Assembly: GCA_964511315.1 (NCBI GenBank)
Contig: CAZEFF010000007.1
Coordinates: 1 to 60,219 of the forward strand
Source of the DNA: an uncultured bacterium
GTDB taxonomy: Bacteria > Omnitrophota > Omnitrophia > Omnitrophales > Aquincolibacteriaceae
DNA length: 60,219 nt
Direction of reading: 5' to 3'
Shown piece by piece: positions 1-10,054 of the stretch (within the stretch, counting starts at the first letter, position 1; each line of letters starts with the position of its first letter). The notes beneath the pieces are model-generated. The model did not search any database. It was not told the origin of the DNA and saw only the letters and a program-made list of their open reading frames with translations. A program made the translations under genes and the position numbers.

Positions 1-4
1 GAAA

Positions 5-3000
5 TTGGAATATTCTAAAAATGGATTTTCAGATGAGCTGCAGACATTTTCCATTACAGCTTCAACGCCGAACAATGGAAGCTTCGCTTGGACGGTTCCG
101 GATGCTATTGGCAGCACCGTTAAAGTACGGGCTAGTGATGCCGCGGACTCAACGGTTAACGATACCTCCAATGCTAATTTTACGATTAAAGGTTCTTTGA
201 CCCTTACTTCGCCAAATGGTACGGAACTTTGGAAGGTTGGGGAGAGCCGAAATGTTACATGGAATCGTACTGGAAGCATCGCGAATGTGAAATTGGAATA
301 TTCCACTGACGGCGGTTCTAATTATTCTTCCACGATCATTGCTTCAACGGATGCCGGCACAGGAACTTATTCTTGGACCGTACCGGACGCAATTGGCACG
401 CAGCTTCGCGTCCAAGTTTCAGATGTGACAGACGCTACCGTTAAAGACGGATCAGACGCTAATTTTGAAATTAGAGGCACGGTTACGCTTGTCTCTCCGA
501 ATGGCGGAGAAGTTTGGATTGTCAATTCACAGCACAATATCACCTGGACCAAAACAGGAACTTTTGCGACGGTGGCGTTGGAGTATTCCACAAATGCCTT
601 TGCGGATGAATTGCAAACGACGACCATCGCGACAGGGGTTGACTCTGTTACAGGCACGCCGTATTTATGGACGGTTCCCGATACCATTGGCTCCGCGCTG
701 CGTGTCCGTGTGACCAATGAGGCTAACACGCTCGTTAAAGATCTATCTGACCTGAATTTTAAAATCGCGGGTTCATTAACCCTGACGGCTCCAAATGGAG
801 GCGAAAATTGGGGCGTGGGGACTCAGCAAACAATTACCTGGAATCGAGTCGGCTCCATAGCGAACGCGAAATTGGAATACTCAATTGATGGCGGTTCAAA
901 CTACGGAAATGTGATCGCGGCTTCAACCGGAGCTGCGGCGGAAGCTTACCTCTGGACGATTCCGGATTCTATCGGTGCGAATAGAAAAGTAAAGATATCG
1001 GACGCGACGGATGCAACTGTGCTCGATGTTTCTGACGCAAATTTTACAATTATGGGCACTTTTGATGTGACGGCTCCGAATGGTGGTGAAGTTTGGACTG
1101 TCGGAAGCGGTCAATCTCTTGCTTGGAACACAACGGGAACAGTTTCGAATGTGAAACTAGAATATTCGACGAATGCCTTTTCGGATGAGCTTCAGACAAC
1201 CGTTATTACCGCGAACACGGCTAACTCAGGGACTTATTCTTGGACGGTTGCTGACGCGATTTCCAATCTTGTGAAAATTAGAGTCAGTGATGTTAACAAC
1301 GCGAATGCATTTGATGTTTCGAACGCGATTTTTAAGATTCGCGGTGCTCTTTTAGTCACATCGCCTAATGGCGGCGAGCCGTGGGAAATTGGGACAAGCC
1401 ATAATATCGCGTGGACCCGAACAGGCTCGATTGCTAATGTTAAAGTGGAGTATTCCACAAACGCTTTCGCGGATGAACTGCAGACGGATGTGATTATTGC
1501 TTCAACCGCAGCTAGTACCGGAACTTATGCTTGGACTATTCCGGATAATCCTTCAGTAACGGTTAAGGTGCGCGTTACTGATGCCTCCGACGCGACAGTT
1601 CTTGATACATCAAATGCTAATTTTACGATTAAAGGCCGTTTGGTTCTGTCAGTTCCAAATGGCGGTGAAATTTGGACGGTTGCCGGGGTTAACAATATTC
1701 AATGGACTAAATTCGGAAGTATTTCTAACGTAGCGCTGTACTACTCAACGGATAGCGGAAATACATGGCCCGGCGGTGCCAATCAAATCGTTTCGTCAAC
1801 GGCAGCAGATCCTGCTCCCGCTGATAATATCGGTATTTATTCTTGGACCATTCCGGACGCGATTGGAACTCAAGTGCGCGTTCGTGTCCAGGATGCTTTG
1901 GATCCGTCAACTTATGACGACTCTGACGCTGATTTCAAAATTCGCGGTTCTATCACAGTGACATCCCCTAATGGCGGCGAAGTTTGGGTGGTTTCTGCCA
2001 ATCAGAATATTACTTGGACCAGCACCGGAACGTATTCAAATGCGAAACTAGAATATTCAACCAACGCATTTGTTGATGAAAATCAAGTTTTCTCAATTAC
2101 CGCGGCGACCCCGAATAATGGAAGCTTCGCGTGGAGCATTCCGGACGCGATCAGCAGCACCGTCCGTGTCCGCGCGAGCGATGCTTCGGATTCGACCGTG
2201 AACGATATATCCAACGCGAATTTCACCATTAAAGGGGCGTTGACCTTAACCTCTCCGAACGGAACCGAAATTTGGAAGGTGGGGGAGAACCGGAGTATTA
2301 CCTGGAATCGAACCGGCAGCATCGCGAATGTGAAATTGGAATATTCCACTGATGGCGGATCATCTTTCCCCAACACGATTATTTCTTCTACGGATGCTTC
2401 CACGGGTACGTATTCCTGGACGGTTCCGGATGCGATCAGCTCTCAGCTCCGGGTCCAAGTTTCTAATGTGACCGATGCGACGGTAAAAGATTCTTCTGAC
2501 GCGAATTTTGAAATTAAGGGCACCATTCTTTTGACGGCTCCCAATGGCGGAGAAGTTTGGACAGTGAACGCATTAAAGAACATCACATGGACCAAAACCG
2601 GTACCTACGCGACGGTGGCGCTGGAATATTCAACCAACGCGTTCGCGGATGAGCTACAAACTACAACCATTGCGACCGGGGTCGATTCTGTGACCGGAAC
2701 ACCGTACGCTTGGACGGTCCCTGATACTATCGGATCCGCTCTCCGGGTTCGCGTGACAAATGAATCCGATGCCGCGGTAAAAGATGCTTCTGATCTCAAT
2801 TTTAAAATTGTTGGTTCGCTGACGCTTACAGCGCCTAATGGCGGAGAAAATTGGGCGGTTGGAAGTTCAAAGACGATTACATGGAACCGGGTCGGTTCCA
2901 TTGCGAACGCGAAATTGGAATACTCAATTGATGGCGGTTCAAACTACGGAAATGTGATCGCGGCTTCAACCGGAGCTGCGGCGGAAGCTTACCTCTGGAC

Positions 3001-6000
3001 GATTCCGGATTCCATCGGAGCGAATAGAAAAGTAAAGATTTCAGACGCGACAGATGCCACTGTCTCAGATGTTTCAGACGCGAACTTTACAATTATGGGC
3101 GCGTTTGCGATTACCGCGCCGAATGGCGGAGAAGTTTGGACGGTCGGCAGCGGTCAGCTGCTTACATGGAATACTACGGGTTCTGTCTCTAACGTTAAAC
3201 TTGAATATTCCACAAACGCGTTTTCAGATGAACTGCAAACCGGGGTTGTTGTGGCGAATGTCGCGAATTCAGGAACATATAACTGGACGGTCGGTGACGC
3301 GATTTCCAATCTTGTCCGTATTCGTGTCAGCGACGTGAATAACGCGGTCGCGTATGATACCTCAGACGCGAGTTTTAAAATTCGAGGCGCCCTTTTAGTG
3401 ACGTCACCTAACGGCGGCGAGCCCTGGGAAATCGGAACTGTGCACAATATTGCTTGGACCCGCACAGGTTCAATTGCCAATGTGAAATTAGAATACTCGA
3501 CGAACGCATTTTCAGATGAACTGCAAACGGCCGTTATTATCGCCTCAACTGCGGCAGATCCGGCGCCCGCGGATAATGATGGAACATACGCGTGGACGAT
3601 TCCGGATACTCCGTCAGTCACGAATAAAGTAAGAGTTTCAGACGCTTCAGACGCGACCGTGCTCGATACTTCGAACTCTAACTTTATTATTAAAGGCCGC
3701 TTGGTGATGTCGATTCCGAATGGCGGAGAAATTTGGACTGTCGCGGGCGTTAACAATATTCAATGGACTAAATTCGGTTCGATTTCAAATGTTCAGCTGC
3801 AATATTCCACGGACAGCGGTTCTACCTGGCCGATCGGTAATTTGATTGTGGCTTCGACCGCCGCGGATCCTGCTCCCGCTGATAACATCGGTGTTTATTC
3901 TTGGACCATTCCGGACGCGATTTCTACAACGCTTCGGGTCCGTGTTCAGGATACAAGCGATTCGTCAACTTATGATGATTCTGACGCGGACTTTAAGATT
4001 AAAGGCGCCATCACCGTGACATCACCGAATGGCGGAGAAATTTGGATTGTAGGAACAAATCAAAATATTACTTGGTCTTCAGCGGGATCATTTTCGAACG
4101 TAAAATTAGAATACTCTACGGACGCGTTTTCAGATGAACTTCAAACTTTCTCAGTAACGACAGCAACGCCGAACAATGGGTCTTTCAACTGGACGCTTCC
4201 GGATGCCATCGGATCAAGTGTCAGAGTCCGGGCCAGTGATGCCGGAGACAGCTCCGTCGTAGACGTATCCAACAGTAATTTTACGATTAAAGGCGCTTTG
4301 TCATTGACCTCTCCGAATGGCGGGGAAGTTTGGAAAGTGGGTGAAACGCGCGCCATCACTTGGAATCGTTCCGGCAGCATCGCGAATGTTAAATTAGATT
4401 ACTCTGTAAACGGCGGTTCCGGTTACGGAAATGCCATCGTTGCTTCTACAAGCGCTGCCTCGGGTACGTACAACTGGACCATCCCGGATGCTATCGGGAC
4501 TCAGGTTCGCGTTCAGGTTGCGGATGCTTCTGATTCAACAGTAAAAGATACATCCGATGCCAACTTCTCTATTAAAGGAACAGTCTTATTGGTGACGCCC
4601 AATGGCGGCGAGCAATGGGCCGTGAATACCGCGAATAATATTACCTGGACGAAGACCGGTACTTACTCAACCGTTGCGCTTGAATATTCCACAAACGGGT
4701 TCGCGGATGAATTGCAAACTACGACAATCGCGACAGGAGTTGATTCAGTAACAGGAACGCCGTACGCGTGGACAATTCCGGATACGATTGGCGCGTCTAA
4801 CAAAGTCCGGGTTAGCAATGAATCAGATGCCACGGTAACAGATAAATCAGATAACACATTTAAGATCGTGGGTTCATTAACTTTGACAGCGCCGAACGGG
4901 GGAGAAAGCTGGAATGTTGGCGCTTCGAAAACCGTTTCTTGGAACCGTGTCGGTTCGATCGCGAACGTTAAATTGGAATATTCGACCACCGGAGCCAGCC
5001 CTTATCCAAACTTGATTGTTTCTTCCACATCGGCCGGTGCCGGTGCTTATTCTTGGACGGTTCCCGATGCTATCGGTACTAACTTGAAGGTCAAAGTTAC
5101 GGATGTTACCGATTCCACCGTCTATGACGAGTCTGACGCGAGCTTCGCGGTTGTCGCGACGTTTAACATTACCCAGCCTAACGGCGGAGAAGTTTGGACC
5201 GTTGCCTCAACTCAAAACATTACTTGGACCACAACGGGTTCGGTCGCGAATGTTAAACTCGAATACTCGGTTGATAATGGCACGGATAGCTATGCAAACG
5301 TCATTGCGAATACGACGCCCAATAACTTGACTTACTCGTGGACGATTCCGGATACGATTAGCACATTGATGAAAGTACGTATCAGCGATGTGAATAACGC
5401 TAATGGTTTTGATACCTCCAATGCTGTCTTTAAAATTCGCGGTGCATTGACGGTTGACGCTCCGAATGGCGGCGAAGCTTGGGGAATTGGAACAGCCCGC
5501 AATATTCAATGGACCCGAACCGGTTCTATCGCGAACGTGAAATTAGAATATTCCACAAACGGATTTTCGGATGAATTGCAAACCGCGCTGATTATCGGTT
5601 CCACGCCCGCGGATCCTGCGCCGGCCGATAATATCGGTATTTATTCATGGACTATTCCTGACGTGCCTTCTACAACTGTGAAAGTCCGCGCGACCGATGT
5701 GGCTGATGCGACCGTGCTCGATACTTCTAACTCGGTATTCAGCATTAAAGGTTCATTAACGATTACGGCGCCGAATGGCGGCGAGAATTGGATTGTGGGA
5801 ACTCCGTACAATATTACATGGATCAAAGGCGGTGCTATTTCGAATGTGAAACTGCAATATTCCACTGATAGCGGTAACACATGGCCGGATCCCAGCAAAC
5901 TGATTATTTCATCCACGAGCGCGGGATTCTTAAGCTACACATGGACAATTCCCGATGACATTAACAATAAAGGCCGCGTGCGCATTCTCGACGCGAATGA

Positions 6001-9000
6001 CCCAAGCGTTAACGATGCTTCTGATGCTGATTTCGCCATCAAAGGTTCATTGCATATTACCTCACCGGACGGTACTGAAATTTGGACGGTTGGAGATGCT
6101 CATGCCATTACATGGACGAAAACCGGTACCATCGCTAACGTTAAACTCGACTATTCTGTTGACGGCGGCAGCAGTTACACGGGCACGATTACGGCTTCGA
6201 CCGGCGCTGCGGCAGGGACTTATAACTGGGTGGTACCTGATGCGATTTCAACCCAGGTTCGAGTTAAAATTACCCAGACGAACGACTCTTTTGTCACCGA
6301 TGAATCAGACGCGGACTTTAAAATCCGCGGTTCCATAACCGTCACTTCTCCCGCAGGCGGTGAAGTTTGGAAGGTCGCGGATAATCAGCCCATTACTTGG
6401 ACGAAAACCGGAACTATCCCGACTGTGGAAATTAAATACTCAACGAATGGCGGCTCCAGCTATCCTAATTCAATTGCGACAGCCGTGGATGGGTCATCCG
6501 GAAGTTATTCTTGGACGATTCCGAACGCGATCACGACCAATGGACGTATTAAGGTTATCAATGAGAGTGATACGACGGTGTATGGCGAATCAGCCGCTGA
6601 TTTCAAGATCGCCGGTTCAGTGACGGTGTTGACTCCTAATGGAGGCGAAAAGTGGCCGATTGGATCAAGCCAAAATATTACTTGGAGCATTACGGGATCA
6701 ATCTCCAGCTTGAAATTGGAATATTCTACAACCGGGGGAGCGCCATACAGCAACCTTATCACGTCTTCTGTGACGGCGAGTTTAGGAACCTATGCGTGGA
6801 CGATACCTGATGCGCCGACGACCCAAGGCCGAGTTTTGGCCACCAATACTGCAGATGCGACTGTGTTCGACGCATCCAATAGCAATTTTAAGATTCAAGG
6901 TTCTGTGACGCTGACATCTCCTGTGGGCGGTGAAACTTGGAATGTCGGTGATTCTCACAATATTACCTGGACCAAAAACGGATCCTTCACGAATGTGAAG
7001 CTTGAATATTCAACGGATAGCGGAAGCACTTATTCTGGCGTTATTATCGCGTCAACTTCCGCTGACAGTCTTGCTTATTCATGGACCGTGCCTGACAGTA
7101 TTTCTTCCGGAGTCAGAGTTAAAGTTAGCGATACGGGAGATATTGAAGTTGCTTCTGAATCGGCATCTGATTTTACGATCCGCGGGACATTAACAGTGAC
7201 CGTTCCGAACGGTGGGGAAACATGGCGCGTTGGACAGGCTCAAAATATTACTTGGAGCAAGACGGGATCCATTGACGAAGCTAAGTTAGAGTATTCCACC
7301 AATGGTTTTGCTAACGAAACTCAAACAACCGTGATCGTGGCGACGACACCCGCGTCTAATTTAAGCTACGCGTGGAATATACCGGATGCGATCAGCAATA
7401 CCGTCAAAATCCGGATCACCGATGTTTCCGGTGTTTCTGTCGGTGACGTTTCGAATGGTAATTTCTCAATTAAAGGCACGGTAACGCTGACCTCACCGAA
7501 CGGCGGTGAATCTTACGGTGTTGCCAGCGCTCAAAATATTACTTGGACTCGGACAGGATCTTTCGCGAATGTAAAACTCGAATATTCGACGAATGGTTTC
7601 GCGGATGAAAGCGTGTCTTACTTGATCACTTCTTCGACGCCCGCGGATCCAGCTCCCGCGGATGATAATGGAACATATGCTTGGACCGTTCCTGACGCGA
7701 TATCTCAAACTGTAAAAGTCCGCGTAACGGATGCGAATGATGCCGCGACCACTGACGTTTCAAATAACACCTTTACGATTCGCGGTATTTTAACCATTAC
7801 TTCTCCGAATGGCGGAGAAAAATGGATCGTGGGTACCGCGCAGTTAATTTCGTGGGACCGGTTTGGTTCAATCGCCAATGTCCGTTTGCAATATACGACT
7901 AATGGTTCGATTTATACGGATATTACCGCGTCGACTCCCAATACCGGAACTTACGCGTGGACCGTTCCAAATTCTATTACCACAACAGGTAAGGTCCGAA
8001 TTTATGATGTGAATAATGCCACGGTGACAGATGATTCAGACGCTAACTTTAAGATCCAAGCCGGTTTCACTCTCACTTCACCGAATGGCGGCGAAGCTTG
8101 GCTTGTCGGCAGCACCCAAACAATCACATGGAATACTTCAGGCACAGTAAGTTTCATCCGGCTTGATTATTCAACCGATAGCGGCAGCAATTATTCAAAC
8201 GTGATTTCTAGTTCGACCGGTAATACGGGTAGCTATGACTGGGTCATCCCGGACAGCCCTTCTCCGACAGTCAAGGTGAAGGTATCGGATACCAATGACG
8301 CGGAAGCCTTTGACGCTTCGAATGCCGACTTGCGTATTCGTGTCGCGTTCACGCTTGTCTCTCCAAATGGTTCTGAACAATGGCGCGTCGGACAGACAAA
8401 AAATATTACCTGGGTTACCGTTGGAACTATTGCGAATGTTAAGATTATCTATTCCCGGGATGGTTTCTTAGCTGATAATCAAACGATTTCAGCTGCCGCT
8501 CCCGGCACTGGGACGTACGCGTGGACGATTCCTGACAGTATTTCAAATACGGTCCGGGTCAAAATATCAGATCCAAATGATATTGGCGCCGCCGATACCT
8601 CGAACGGAGACTTTAGAATTACAGGCGACTTTACAGTCACGTCACCCAATGGCGGAGAAAAGTGGGATGTTGACTCAGATCACGCGATTACATGGGCTTA
8701 CGCGGGATCTGTCCCTAACGCTTCAATTGAATATTCAACAAATGCCGGCGGAAGCTGGAGCTCAGTCGCGGGTCTGACGCCTAATAACGGAAGCTATAAC
8801 TGGACAGTTCCGGATACCATTAGCGCTAATAGCCGCGTTCGCTTAAGCGATCCCAATGACGCGACCGCGAATGATATTTCAGACGCGAATTTCAAAATTA
8901 GAGCCGGATACACACTTACAGCGCCAAATGGCGGGGAAATATGGACTGTCGCGGATGTTCACGCGATTACTTGGACCAATACCGGAACGGTTGCGAATTC

Positions 9001-10054
9001 TAAATTGTGGTATTCGACAGATTCCGGATCAACGTTCCCCAATGTGATCATCGCTTCGACGGCTAATACCGGCACCTATAATTGGACTGTGCCGGACGCG
9101 ATTTCTACTTTAGTGCGCGTCCGTGCCGGAAGCGCGACGGATGTGGACGCTTATGACGATTCGAATGCTGATTTGAAAATCCGCGGCGCTTTCCATGTCG
9201 TGACTCCGGATGGAGCCGAACAGTGGAAAATCGCGCAGAATTCGAATATTACATGGACGACGACAGGTACGATTTCCAATGTGAAACTTTATTATTCTAC
9301 CGATTCAGGAAGCAACTTTTCGAATGTGATTATCGCTTCAGTGGCTAACACGAACAGCTATACTTGGAATATCCCGGACGTTCCTACGACGATGGCTCGT
9401 GTCCGTGTGGAAAATCCGTTAGATGCGACGGTTTTTGACGATTCCGATGCCGATTTCAAAATTCAAGGTAACTTTATCATGGTTTCCCCGAATGGCGGAG
9501 AATCCTGGATCGTAAATTCTTCTCACAATATCACTTGGGATTGGGGCGGAACCATTCCGAACGTGAAGCTGACGTATTCAACCGACAGCGGATTAAATTA
9601 TAATAGCACGATCAGCGCTTCCGCTCCGAATGGCTCAGGCAGTGCCGGAACCGCGAATTATGCTTGGACAATTCCTGATAATATCTCAACCCAAGTCCGC
9701 GTAAAAATCGAAGACCCGAATGACGCTACGGTCAACGATTCTTCAAACGCGAACTTCAAAATTCGCGGGGATTTAGTTTTAACATCGCCTAATGGCGGTG
9801 AACGCTGGGTAACGAATGAGACTCACGCGATTACATGGAATACCACTGGAACTATCCCTAATGTGAAGTTGACTTATTCTCATGATGACTTCTCAACATC
9901 AACAACCATTATGGCCTCGGTCTCTAACACGAATACCTATAATTGGGTTGTTCCTGATCCGGGAGTGAATAATATTCCGAAGACAACAAAGGTTCGCGTT
10001 GAAGATGTGAACGACTCGAATGTTTTTGACGACTCCGACGCGGCGTTTAACATT
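5..10054 (+). repeat. Tandem array of 35 Ig-like coding repeats with a 7-domain higher-order period (~2.05 kb)
   Basis: Counted PNGGE/PDG/PAG/PVG motifs. Equivalent W-K-V codons at 230, 2273 and 4331 give periods of 2043 and 2058 nt. Confidence 0.9.

Noticed and set aside
5-7. TTG at 5 as the true start of the giant protein
   Set aside because: It lies mid-repeat (KLEYS), the frame is open to the window edge, and there is no signal peptide; the gene starts upstream.
5-10054. Repeats as a CRISPR array or non-coding tandem repeat
   Set aside because: The units are ~290 nt, in frame and diverged at synonymous sites, with no repeat-spacer pattern and no cas genes.
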